Origin: an uncultured delta proteobacterium
GTDB taxonomy: Bacteria > Desulfobacterota > Binatia > UBA9968
Length of the DNA: 64,000 nt
Direction of reading: 5' to 3'
NCBI GenBank assembly: GCA_963737905.1
Contig: CAVTUQ010000019.1
Coordinates: forward strand, 96,001 to 160,000
The notes beneath the pieces are model-generated. The model was given only the letters and a program-made list of their open reading frames with translations. It had not been told where the DNA came from and did not search any database. Made by a program: the position numbers and the translations under genes. Below are positions 10,033 to 18,856 of this stretch, piece after piece; within the stretch, counting starts at the first letter, position 1, and each line of letters begins with the position of its first letter.

Positions 10033-11475
10033 TCAATGCGCCCGCTGCAGAACTTCCTTGAGCACCGAAGCGTACTTCTTGTCGAGCTGATCTTTGAATT
10101 CATCGCTCACGGCGTTGACCGCCGGGAACTTGTCGCGCCACTCAAAGGGCCGGGTGGCGTCAATGATCGCGCGTGAGTTGAATCCTTTGCGCTCCCTGGG
10201 AATGACCGGATCCAACGGCCCGCTCCAGGCGCGCCGGATAATGTCGATATTTTCCGGCTCCGAGCGCGTGGACATTGCCCAGATGACGTCATCGGGGTTG
10301 TAAATGTCGATGTCGTCATCGACGACGATCACGTACCTGCCCAGATAGGCGCCGGGTCGACATTGGCTGGCGATCAGTGCCGCTTGCTTGGCGTGACCTG
10401 GATAGCGTTGCTTGATTTTGATGATCGAGAAGAAACGATAGCCCGCGGGATGAAGCCATACACCTTTCACATCCGGAACCCCGGCGTCCTCCAGCGCATT
10501 CCAGATCAGCGCTGAGCGTTGGATCGAACGATGAAAACCTTGACCGGCGGATGGACGCAGCGGCGGTTCACCGCACAGGACGGGATTGTTCCGATGGTAA
10601 AGCGCTTTGACGCGCACCACCGGTTCCGGCCTTGTGTCGCTGGCGTAGTAGCCGGGCCACTCGCCGAACGGTCCTTCAGGGAGGTTGTCTCCGGGGATCA
10701 TTTCTCCCTCGATAGCGATTTCCGAATAGGCTGGAATCGGCAATCCCGTGTGCGGTCCTCGTACCAGTTGGATCGGTTCGTTCAGCACGCCGCCCGCGTA
10801 GTCGAATTCGCTCATCTTGACCGGCACATCCGTGCATCCTGAGATGAACAAAAGCGGATGGTGGCCGAAGGACATGACGACGGGGCAAGATTTACCCATA
10901 TCGAAGTATTTCTTCCGATGCAGGCCGCCATGTTTTCCCGGCGAGATGTAGAGCGCCACCGCTTGAGGACCCTGGAGCATGACACGATAAGTCCCCGCAT
11001 TGACCCAACCCTCTTCCGGATCTCGGGTGATAACGAGGTCATCGGTGCCGATGTAACGGCCGCCGTCCAGTTCGTGCCAGCGGGGAATTGGAAACGCCTC
11101 CAGATCGATATCTTTTTCGACTCGATTTTCAAAAATCGGGCCGTCCTTAACATATTCCGGTTCCACGGGTTGAAAGTTTCGTACCTTTCGTCTCCAGGCT
11201 TGAATGAAGTCCGTCACTCCGAGCTTGGGGTCATTGCCCATCGCCAACGCGAGTCTCTCGATGCCATCGATCTGACTACAAAGGATTTGCATGTCTTCCC
11301 GCGCGTTCGGAATCTTTTCGAAAAGCAGCGCAGGTGAATGCTTGCTGCGCTCCAGTATCATCTCGACCAAACCGCCCATATCTTTGTCCCAGGGAACCCC
11401 TTGGATGCGGTGGAGCTGATTGATGGACTCCACCTCTTTCATCCAGACGCGTAGATCGTGATTTGCTGGATTCAT
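10033..11475 (-). CDS. UbiD-family prFMN-dependent (de)carboxylase
   Basis: NAGTYR, EIAIEGE, EGPFGEWPGYY, VVDDDID, IIDATRP. Confidence 0.93.
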   Translation of the reverse strand: MNPANHDLRVWMKEVESINQLHRIQGVPWDKDMGGLVEMILERSKHSPALLFEKIPNAREDMQILCSQIDGIERLALAMGNDPKLGVTDFIQAWRRKVRNFQPVEPEYVKDGPIFENRVEKDIDLEAFPIPRWHELDGGRYIGTDDLVITRDPEEGWVNAGTYRVMLQGPQAVALYISPGKHGGLHRKKYFDMGKSCPVVMSFGHHPLLFISGCTDVPVKMSEFDYAGGVLNEPIQLVRGPHTGLPIPAYSEIAIEGEMIPGDNLPEGPFGEWPGYYASDTRPEPVVRVKALYHRNNPVLCGEPPLRPSAGQGFHRSIQRSALIWNALEDAGVPDVKGVWLHPAGYRFFSIIKIKQRYPGHAKQAALIASQCRPGAYLGRYVIVVDDDIDIYNPDDVIWAMSTRSEPENIDIIRRAWSGPLDPVIPRERKGFNSRAIIDATRPFEWRDKFPAVNAVSDEFKDQLDKKYASVLKEVLQRAH

Positions 11476-12416
11476 CCTGGATCTCCTTCAGACCGCTGAA
11501 AAAGGCTCACCTGCGTCGTTGCGCTTGCCCGCCTCGCTACGACGTACTGCGGGGGTACGCTTCCGCTCGTCAACCTGCGCGCGCCTCGCATCTGAACCTT
11601 TTTGATCGGTAAACTCTTCATTGATTTAAGAGAGGTTTGTCGTCTGTTTCCCAGCTCCACGGCGGCCCGGTGCATGATGCCATAGAGATCCACGGCCGCC
11701 GTCGCGCAATATTCCAAATTATAGCCTTCGCGCGTGTCGGCGTAGCCGTCCTCTAAGATGCGCTGCATGACCATACGGTTGAAACTGCCATGGCCCATGA
11801 CGCCGTCATCGTGTTCTTTCAGGTCAGCCTCCTCGTGGGTCGAGAAGTAGATCGCCTGCTGCGGATTGAATCCATAGTTGGTGGTCAACGTTTTAAACCA
11901 AGTTGCGGCCCAGTGGCCGATAGGTTCCTCCGTCAGCATGGAGAACCACCACTCGGCGACCGTGCCTTCCCAAAGCAAACCACGCTTGAAGTCTAGGATC
12001 GCACGCGCTTCCGGCAGCATGGGCTCGCGCAGGATTTGATCCTTCGTCAGCCCCAACGCCTCCGCTGTCTGTAGCATGACCATCACATGGCCGGGCGGCT
12101 TCGGATGAATAAATTCATCGGCGATCTTCGCGCCAAGCGGGCCCATAAGATCCGGGTGACGTTTAAAAAAGCCGATATGTTTGTGATAAGACGCGGCGAT
12201 GAGCGTGTTGATTTCTACAGTAAAGTTGCCCCAGTTCTTGAAGAAGAGCTTGATGGCTGAGATGGGCAGCTTCCCCTCGACGAACTGGGTCATGAATTGC
12301 CCCTTGGTAACCCGTTCATCCCAACGTTGAATGACTTTCTTGTTTAGTCCGTCAACGAAGGCCTTGGCCTCGGCCGGGCTCATCCTTACGCCAAGCTTCG
12401 GTGTTGTCATGCTCAT
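11472..12416 (-). CDS. Heme-oxygenase-like diiron protein (CADD/PqqC/TenA fold), with C-terminal read-through into a repeat
   Basis: Candidate metal ligands DEFIHPKPPGH, LTEE and YFSTHEEADLKEH resemble the CADD E..H / E / HxxxDxxH set. Helical core of about 255 aa. Confidence 0.72.
   Translation of the reverse strand: MSMTTPKLGVRMSPAEAKAFVDGLNKKVIQRWDERVTKGQFMTQFVEGKLPISAIKLFFKNWGNFTVEINTLIAASYHKHIGFFKRHPDLMGPLGAKIADEFIHPKPPGHVMVMLQTAEALGLTKDQILREPMLPEARAILDFKRGLLWEGTVAEWWFSMLTEEPIGHWAATWFKTLTTNYGFNPQQAIYFSTHEEADLKEHDDGVMGHGSFNRMVMQRILEDGYADTREGYNLEYCATAAVDLYGIMHRAAVELGNRRQTSLKSMKSLPIKKVQMRGARRLTSGSVPPQYVVARRASATTQVSLFQRSEGDPG
11492..11610. repeat. MITE/REP-like element with imperfect terminal inverted repeats
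   Basis: ACCGCTGAAAAAGG at the left end and CCTTTTTGATCGGT at the right end (11/14 complementary), about 119 bp. Confidence 0.6.
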
Positions 12417-12445
12417 TGCGTGAGTTCTTGAATACTACATTGCGA

Positions 12446-12530
12446 GTTTCCAGGTGTCAGGTTTCGGGTGTAGGGGGCGTTGAGCTCACGCTCCTTGCCG
12501 TGAACTGAAACCTGAAACCCGACACCCGAC
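12446..12530. repeat. Inverted pair of heptamer arrays (GTKTCRG)n ... (CYGAMAC)n
   Basis: gtttccag gtgtcag gtttcgg gtgtagg (12446-12474) is complementary to ctgaaac ctgaaac ccgacac ccgac (12505-12530). Confidence 0.7.
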
Positions 12531-12540
12531 GTTAACCGGG

Positions 12541-13452
12541 TCACGTTCGGTAGAGATTATCAATGAAGCCGCTGTCGTCAATGCGGCGCAGATAATGGAA
12601 ATCCCACAACGCCATAGGATCGGTCTTCTCGGCCTCTTTGTCCTGCTCTATGGATATCTCATAAACGTTCTTGATCGCCGGGATGCTCGCGTAGGGCTTG
12701 GCCTGCAAAATCATTTTCAGCTCATCATATAGGTGCGTGGCCGTTTCATCGTCCAATTCGCCTTCCTCTTTATATTTGTCTTTGATGATCTTGATGGATT
12801 CGGCCCGATGGGTCTTGAGATAAGCAATGCCCTCACAGATCCCTTTGAGAAACTTGTCCACGATATCGGGGTGCTTCTCAACGAAATTAAGACAAGTGGA
12901 AACTGTGGTGAACCAGACCATCGGCAGGAACTCCACATCGATCACCTTAAGTCCCGCTCTCCGGGCGAAGATATCGCCAGGAGGATTGACAAACGCGGCG
13001 TCGACTTTGCCGTCCCGGACATATTCCCACTGGGCCGTTTCGCCGCGGAAACGCTCAATCTGACATTCTCCCAAGAGGCCGTTCTGCTTGAGAAAGAGCC
13101 AGGTGTTGAGACCTGGATGTTGGCCTTTGCTGGCAACTCGTTTGCCTCTTAGATCCGAAACTCTTGAGATACCCGAATCGGAGCGCACAACCATGCGGTG
13201 GTTGAGCAAGCTGACACTTTGACCGAGGTAGACCCACCGATCGCCCTTGGGTCGTCTAATGTAGGGTGACAGATGGTTGCCGCCGACGAACTCTACGCTG
13301 CCATTGGCGACGTTGTTGTGGGCGTCCTCCGAGCTGATGAAATAATCATACTCCACTTGCAGTCCGTGTTTTTCCCAGCTGCCGGATTCTCCGACAACGT
13401 GAAGAAACGACAAATGGCTTTCCGACCGATAAGGAAAATGTACTTTGTCCAT
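12541..13452 (-). CDS. NMT1/THI5-like SBP-fold protein lacking a signal peptide (probably cytoplasmic)
   Basis: WEKHGLQVE, SDLRGKRV and RRIDDSGFIDNLY match the other SBPs, but the protein starts MDKVHFPYRS right after an AGGAGG RBS with no hydrophobic leader. Confidence 0.75.
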   Translation of the reverse strand: MDKVHFPYRSESHLSFLHVVGESGSWEKHGLQVEYDYFISSEDAHNNVANGSVEFVGGNHLSPYIRRPKGDRWVYLGQSVSLLNHRMVVRSDSGISRVSDLRGKRVASKGQHPGLNTWLFLKQNGLLGECQIERFRGETAQWEYVRDGKVDAAFVNPPGDIFARRAGLKVIDVEFLPMVWFTTVSTCLNFVEKHPDIVDKFLKGICEGIAYLKTHRAESIKIIKDKYKEEGELDDETATHLYDELKMILQAKPYASIPAIKNVYEISIEQDKEAEKTDPMALWDFHYLRRIDDSGFIDNLYRT

Positions 13453-13504
13453 GATGAGTTCCTCCTTGTTTCTGATTAATTGATGTCATTGCGGAAATAT
13501 CACC

Positions 13505-14938
13505 TTACTTCGAGCGAGACAACTGGATTAAATCGCGGCTCCATTTTTCCGCAATTTCTTTTCTTTTTTCTGCGCTGAACTTGTTGGACGCCGGAAAACG
13601 ATCGCGCCAGAAAAAGGGCTTGCAAGCATCGATGAGCATTCGGCTCATGGTGAAATCGCCTTGGTCGCGTTTGTCCGGCGGCAGGCGCGGATCGAGGTCG
13701 GACGTCCAGGATTTGAGAATTTGAATCGACTCCGCCGGATCCACTCGAGTGCACATTGCCCAGATCACCTGTTTCAAATCCACCGGATCGATATCGTCGT
13801 CCACCGCGACATAGTAGCGATACATGCTGGCGCCGGTCTGCATGCCCGCCATAGCGGTGAGCGCGTGCAGGGCATGACCGGAGTGCCGTTGCTTGAGGGA
13901 TACGACGACCATCAACGTGTGACAGTGGCACCAGATGCCCTGAATGTCGGAGATCCCGGATTGCTCCAGGTGATCCCAGATGCGGGCCGCGAAAAGCGGA
14001 ATGCCGTATCGCTCCGTGATCGGAAGCAGAGGAGGATTGCCCAGCAGGATCGGGTCGTTCCGATGCAGGATACGTTTTACCCGAACGACACACTCTTTAC
14101 CGCGATGGGTGTAATAGCCTGGCCACTCGCCGAAAGGTCCCTCCATTTCCGACTCTTCTTCCGGCGTGGGCATTTCGCCTTCGACGACAATTTCAGACGT
14201 TGCCGGAACAGGAAGGCCGGCGAATGGGGTTCGTATCACTTGTACCGGTTCGCCGCGCAGCGCCCCGGCATAGTCATATTCGCTTGCCCCGGCCTTGGCT
14301 GCCGACGGTGCCGCTGTCCAAGTCGCGGGCTCGCAGCCCAAGACGATGGCGACCGGACATGCGCGTTTCGCTTGCCAATACTTTCGCGCTATCTGTTTGC
14401 CATGTTTATGGTCAATGATCCACAACGTGAGTCGATTCTTATCGACGACACAGGCCCGGTAGGTGCCCACATTGATCCACCCGCTGTCCGGGTCTTTGGT
14501 GATGACCATATCGCCGGTGCCGATGTAACGCCCGCCGTCGTGCTCGTGCCATCTCGGTGTGGGAAATATGCCCAGATCGATGCGATCGCTTGCCAAAACA
14601 TTTTCCGTCACCGGGCCGGAGGAAACTTCGACGGGCGAAAACGGCTTGAGACTGCGAGTCTTCTCCCGCCACGCTTTGAGAATTTCCAACTTTGGAAGTT
14701 CCGTGGGAAGACCCAGGGCCAAGGCGAAACGCCGGGCGGTGGCGAGCACGTTGGTTGCGATGCGAAAGCCCTTTGGATAACCGGGTATGTTGTCAAACAG
14801 AAGCAGCGGACCTTCCTGTTCAGCCATCAGCTCCGTCAGGCATCCGATCTCGAGGTTCCAGTGAGCGCCATCGATAGTTCTGGATTCGCCAATGCCGGCC
14901 GCGGCTTCGATAAAGGTTCCGAGATCAGAGAAAGCCAT
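13505..14938 (-). CDS. UbiD-family prFMN-dependent (de)carboxylase
   Basis: NVGTYR, EIVVEGE, EGPFGEWPGYY, AVDDDID, LIDACKP. Confidence 0.93.
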   Translation of the reverse strand: MAFSDLGTFIEAAAGIGESRTIDGAHWNLEIGCLTELMAEQEGPLLLFDNIPGYPKGFRIATNVLATARRFALALGLPTELPKLEILKAWREKTRSLKPFSPVEVSSGPVTENVLASDRIDLGIFPTPRWHEHDGGRYIGTGDMVITKDPDSGWINVGTYRACVVDKNRLTLWIIDHKHGKQIARKYWQAKRACPVAIVLGCEPATWTAAPSAAKAGASEYDYAGALRGEPVQVIRTPFAGLPVPATSEIVVEGEMPTPEEESEMEGPFGEWPGYYTHRGKECVVRVKRILHRNDPILLGNPPLLPITERYGIPLFAARIWDHLEQSGISDIQGIWCHCHTLMVVVSLKQRHSGHALHALTAMAGMQTGASMYRYYVAVDDDIDPVDLKQVIWAMCTRVDPAESIQILKSWTSDLDPRLPPDKRDQGDFTMSRMLIDACKPFFWRDRFPASNKFSAEKRKEIAEKWSRDLIQLSRSK

Positions 14939-14985
14939 TGAATATTTCTCCAGCGTTCTTCTTGTTGCTAGGTTTTCATGCGATC

Positions 14986-15080
14986 TCCTCGCCCTCCTTC
15001 GAAGGGAGAGGAATGAGGTGAGGGTAGTGCGCTTGAGGCGGAGCCCTCACCCTTGCCTCTCCCACTGCGCGGGAGAGGGA
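14986..15080. repeat. REP/BIME-like composite palindrome (CCCTCACCC..CTCTCCC..GGGAGAGG type)
   Basis: Two inverted units: cctcgccctccttcgaagggagagg...ggtgaggg and ccctcacc...cctctcccactgcgcgggagagg. Confidence 0.7.
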
Positions 15081-15198
15081 ATCGGACCGCTCACGTTCTT
15101 GTTCTTCCCGGAAAAAGTCCCAATGCTTCTCAGATCTAAGATTTCAGATTCTGGAATTGCAATCTGAGATATACCATTTAAATCCCGAAGGATACGCG

Positions 15199-15942
15199 TC
15201 AGTGCGTTGCTTTGTAGCAGCCGTCCATCATCAGCGCGTTCAAATCCGCCGGCGTGACGGCGCAATATTCGGCGGAGTAGCCGGGCCGCTCTATAATTCC
15301 TTGCTGAAGCAAGCGTACGAGTACGGTTTGCGTGACCGCGCCGTGGGCCTTGCGATCCAAGTGATCCATCGTGTCGGCTTCGTGGTGTTTGGAGAAATAG
15401 CTCGCTTGCTCCGTGGTGAGACCGTAATGGGTAGTGAGCGCGCGGAACCAATCCAAACAGGTTTCGCCAAAAGCGTGTTCCCACAAGACCGAGAACCAAT
15501 ATTCTTGAATCTGTCCGTCCACCATCAACGTCCGTTGAAAATCGGGCAGCGCCCGTGCTTCGGGCAGCATCGGAGTCAGCAGGACTTCCTCGGCGGTGAG
15601 TCCCAAGGCTTTTCCTGTGCCGATGAGGATCTGGATATGACCGGGAGGGCAGGGATGGCCAAACTCATCGAGGACCTTTTGAGTATAGACCTCCATCAAG
15701 TCGACATTCTTTACAAAGAACCACAGGTGTTTATAGAACGCCGAGGTATAGATGGAGTTGATGACGGGCACGAAGGCTCCCCAATTTTTGTAATACAATT
15801 GAATGGTTTCCTTCTTGAGCTTCCCTTCGCGCAGATCATCCATGAAGCGAGTTCTGTCGACCGTTTGCTTCCAACGGCTCTCCAACTTGGCTTTTCTTTC
15901 TGCGATAAAGTCCTCGGCCTCTCGTTCCGTACACTTGAACAT
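15199..15942 (-). CDS. Heme-oxygenase-like diiron protein (CADD/PqqC/TenA fold), paralog of 11472-12416
   Basis: DEFGHPCPPGH, LWEH, YFSKHHEADTMDH. Shares KNWG, PMLPEARA and LTTHYG with its paralog. Confidence 0.72.
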   Translation of the reverse strand: MFKCTEREAEDFIAERKAKLESRWKQTVDRTRFMDDLREGKLKKETIQLYYKNWGAFVPVINSIYTSAFYKHLWFFVKNVDLMEVYTQKVLDEFGHPCPPGHIQILIGTGKALGLTAEEVLLTPMLPEARALPDFQRTLMVDGQIQEYWFSVLWEHAFGETCLDWFRALTTHYGLTTEQASYFSKHHEADTMDHLDRKAHGAVTQTVLVRLLQQGIIERPGYSAEYCAVTPADLNALMMDGCYKATH

Positions 15943-16152
15943 CCTGGGTTTTCCTTTCTAGACGATGATCTGTAGATATGTGAGGAACCTCCCGGCTGTC
16001 AAGTAAAGCCAACCGGGCGGGGCATGGCATGTCGAGTCGGAAAAGAAGCGCAGGTTGCGATTTGGCGAGCAATCGCGATAAGATTCTAATAGCTGTATAG
16101 GTGCTCTGAACTTAAATGGCCACAATGACGGCTAGCGATGTGAGGTGTCTTT

Positions 16153-16509
16153 ATGGATTTCGTAAATCTCGATGAAATGATGGCGACGAAGAAACGGAAT
16201 ATTCATCTGTTTGGAACGGACAATTTCCGCTCTTGGATGCTCTACTTCGTTCCGGGTGACGGAACCGACATGCATTTTCACGCCAGCCCGGAGACCTTCC
16301 TGGTTCTTTCCGGGCACGGCGTAGTCAAGGGTATCAAAGGCGAGGAGAGAACCATTCAGAAGAACGAGGTAGTGTTTTTCGCGGCCAAGGATTACTACCA
16401 GATTACCAACACCGGAACGGAACCCCTGGTGCTGTTTGGCAATCGCTCGGAGGCCTTTGGCGGCCCGCATATCAAGGCCGACGGGACCGATCGCAACGTT
16501 AGGGTCTAG
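16153..16509 (+). CDS. Cupin-domain protein
   Basis: PGDGTDMHFHASPETFLVLSGHG cupin motif 1, GAGG RBS. Confidence 0.85.
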   Translation: MDFVNLDEMMATKKRNIHLFGTDNFRSWMLYFVPGDGTDMHFHASPETFLVLSGHGVVKGIKGEERTIQKNEVVFFAAKDYYQITNTGTEPLVLFGNRSEAFGGPHIKADGTDRNVRV

Positions 16510-16532
16510 CCCACGGGGCCGGAAGGTATCAA

Positions 16533-16561
16533 TTGACAACGCGCCAGCGAGTGGTTAATTT
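16533..16561 (+). promoter_or_regulatory. Sigma70-type promoter of the FmdB gene
   Basis: TTGACA-17 nt-TAATTT. Confidence 0.55.
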
Positions 16562-16595
16562 TTATCCAGTAAAACCTCTGACTTGAGGGTCTTTC

Positions 16596-16937
16596 ATGCC
16601 TATCTACGAGTATAACTGCCAGAAATGTGGAACATTTGAAACCACCCAAAAGATTACCGAAAAGCCATTGACTAGATGCCCTACGTGTAAGGGTAAGGTC
16701 AAAAAACTAATTTCCAATACGTCCTTTCAGCTGAAGGGTACCGGCTGGTACGTCACCGATTACGCCCGCAAAGAGAACGGTAAAGGAGCCGGCAAAGGCG
16801 AAAACGGAGCCAAATCTTCCACCGAGTCCAAAGAATCCAAAGACACTAAGAGCGGGGCCAAAGCCGAATCCAAAACCGAGAGTTCCTCGGGCAAAAGCGA
16901 AAAGTCCTCTTCCACACCCAGCTCCACGTCGGCTTAA
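16596..16937 (+). CDS. FmdB-family zinc-ribbon protein with a low-complexity Ser/Lys tail
   Basis: [31 protein letters not shown]. Confidence 0.92.
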   Translation: MPIYEYNCQKCGTFETTQKITEKPLTRCPTCKGKVKKLISNTSFQLKGTGWYVTDYARKENGKGAGKGENGAKSSTESKESKDTKSGAKAESKTESSSGKSEKSSSTPSSTSA

Positions 16938-16986
16938 CAGCCTCCAAATTTGGGCCGCACGACGCGGCCTTTTCGAGAGTAAATAA

Positions 16987-17020
16987 ACAAGCGGCGGTTT
17001 CATCCGCCGCTTGTGTTTTT
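16987..17020 (+). terminator. Intrinsic terminator
   Basis: 11-bp stem ACAAGCGGCGG / CCGCCGCTTGT followed by GTTTTT. Confidence 0.8.
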
Positions 17021-17132
17021 CACGCGGGCACACTTTAGCACCTCTCAACAAGCGAAAGGGTGTAGATTTGAATTTTGTTTTTCGCTATAGGTGAGGAGTC
17101 AAGCAAAAAACTGTTGAAGGAGGATTTTTTCG

Positions 17133-17871
17133 ATGGCTCAGACCATAGATCATATTGTCGATCCCAATGATACGAGCCTGACGTCGGAGATGGTGCAGTT
17201 TACGAGCACCGGGGGAAACATCAACGCATATGTATCCCGTCCGAAGGATGGCAAGAATTTGGGCACCGTGGTCGTGATTCACGAGAACCGAGGGACTGGT
17301 AGGGCATATTAAAGACGTCGCGCGGCACTTCGCCAAAGACGGCTTCGCCGCAATTGCTGTCGACTGCATGAGCCGGATAGGCGGCAGCGATAAGTGGAAC
17401 GGCAGCGACGAGGCCACCAAAGAGATTCAAAAGCTGAACGGTGACATGGTGGCGGAGGATCTCACGGCGGCCGTGGCGTATATGAAAAAGCAAAATTACG
17501 TGAACGGTAAATGCGGCGTCGTTGGTTACTGCTGGGGCGGCGGTCAATCACTAAACTTCGCCACCAAGTGTAAAGACCTCAATGCCGCGGTGGTGTACTA
17601 CGGCCGAAATCCCAATCCCCTGGAATCCGTAGCGAACATTCCCTGCGCCGTCATGGGTAACTATGGGGAAGACGATCCGAATATCATGCCCGGTGTCGAG
17701 CCGCTAAAGGCTGCACTGGGAAAGGCCGGCAAGAGTTTTGACGTTAAAGTTTATCCGGGCGCCAAGCATGCGTTTAACAACAATACCAACGCGGACCGCT
17801 ATCATCCAGAGGCGGCGAAGGATGCCTGGGCGAGGACGGTAGGATTTTTTAAGAAGAACTTGGCGGCTTAA
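17133..17871 (+). CDS. Dienelactone hydrolase family protein (+1 frameshift near 17293)
   Basis: AGGAGG RBS. VVVIHENRG in the first frame, then HIKDVARHFA, GYCWGG nucleophile and YPGAKHAF. Confidence 0.85.
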
Positions 17872-17915
17872 GCGAGGATCTGATCGGACATGTGGCCTTA
17901 CTTTCCGCAGCAAGG

Positions 17916-18269
17916 CTACATGTCCGGCTTTGCCTGCTCGTCAGTCTCTGACAGTTCTGGTCGCCTGCCAATCGCTTTTCGAGCCACTTCAGGAGTGATC
18001 AGATAAGGCTCCGCGGTGCTGTATCGCCACATTTGTTGAGTTACCTCGGTATCCCCGCCGGTTAGCACAAAAGACAACGCCCCAAAGAATAAGCCCATCG
18101 AGGTGCTAATGACCTTCGAGGGAAGGAACACCGCATTCCCTGCGGTTACGCCCACGGCGACTCCGGCTTTTTCAATCATATCTTCAGCGCGTAACCAAGA
18201 AGGCGCTGCGCCGACTAGAGTTATGGCGAAGGCAAAGGTTGCGAATCCAGTTCTGATTCGTTTAAGCAT
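17916..18269 (-). CDS. Hypothetical exported or membrane protein
   Basis: ATG after GAGGG, signal-peptide-like N-terminus, glycine-rich hydrophobic helices. Confidence 0.6.
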   Translation of the reverse strand: MLKRIRTGFATFAFAITLVGAAPSWLRAEDMIEKAGVAVGVTAGNAVFLPSKVISTSMGLFFGALSFVLTGGDTEVTQQMWRYSTAEPYLITPEVARKAIGRRPELSETDEQAKPDM

Positions 18270-18273
18270 TGAA

Positions 18274-18720
18274 CTACCCTCTGAGAAAAAATTTCGATCG
18301 GATAGCATTGACGCCATGGGAAGGGTTCCAATAACGCCGCACCCCGAAGTAATAGCAGCAACTCTCATTATCCAGATCGTTGTTAAAACAGCGGAGCTGC
18401 CCATCTTGAAAACGAACACGGGCAAGGCATGTCCCGCCCGGTACCGACGATGTCATGATTTCCGTGACAACTCCCATGCCCCATTCCTCATAGCGAACAT
18501 GGGTCACCTCATCACCGACGCGGAGATAGAGTCGTTTTGCTTCGGTGAATGTTTGCGGTCGCTCCGGACGGTTGAGGTGGCTACGGGAGTCGAGTTGCGT
18601 CGCCGTTTCGGGTGGCTTGGCAACTGTCTCGCAGGTGGACTCTCGCATCCGTTTATTTCGTTCCGTAGTCGGAGAAGCTATGAACTCCGACTTCGCATTA
18701 GATGGCTTGCTACGTTTCAC
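18274..18720 (-). CDS. DUF3553/PcrA C-terminal Tudor-like small protein
   Basis: LRVGDEVTHVRYEEWGMGVV...ARVRFQDG. Start uncertain. Confidence 0.55.
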   Translation of the reverse strand: MKRSKPSNAKSEFIASPTTERNKRMRESTCETVAKPPETATQLDSRSHLNRPERPQTFTEAKRLYLRVGDEVTHVRYEEWGMGVVTEIMTSSVPGGTCLARVRFQDGQLRCFNNDLDNESCCYYFGVRRYWNPSHGVNAIRSKFFLRG

Positions 18721-18856
18721 AAAGTCCTACTTTTTATCGCGTCGTGTTTTAAGTTTTTTCTTCACCGCCAACGTTTCAATTCAACGTCCTGTATAACCCA
18801 TAATCACCGAATTAGGGTATGAGAGTCAAGGCTTGCCGATTCCCGCCTCGAAAAAT

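Noticed and set aside
12446-12530. Short repeat arrays as CRISPR
   Set aside because: Units are 7-9 nt with no unique spacers, and there are no cas genes.
13661-14941. Long antisense ORFs (13661-14941, 15157-15975, 24800-25561, 44260-44985, 45595-46467, 49853-50431 and similar)
   Set aside because: Shadow frames opposite well-supported genes in GC-rich DNA, with no motifs of their own.
11472-15942. Thiamine salvage (TenA + THI5) or PQQ biosynthesis reading of the HDO genes
   Set aside because: No thi or pqq genes and no TPP riboswitch were recognised, and the ligand pattern looks CADD-like. Not fully excluded.
17035-17066. CIRCE-like TTAGCAC near the FmdB gene
   Set aside because: The right arm and spacing do not fit TTAGCACTC-N9-GAGTGCTAA.
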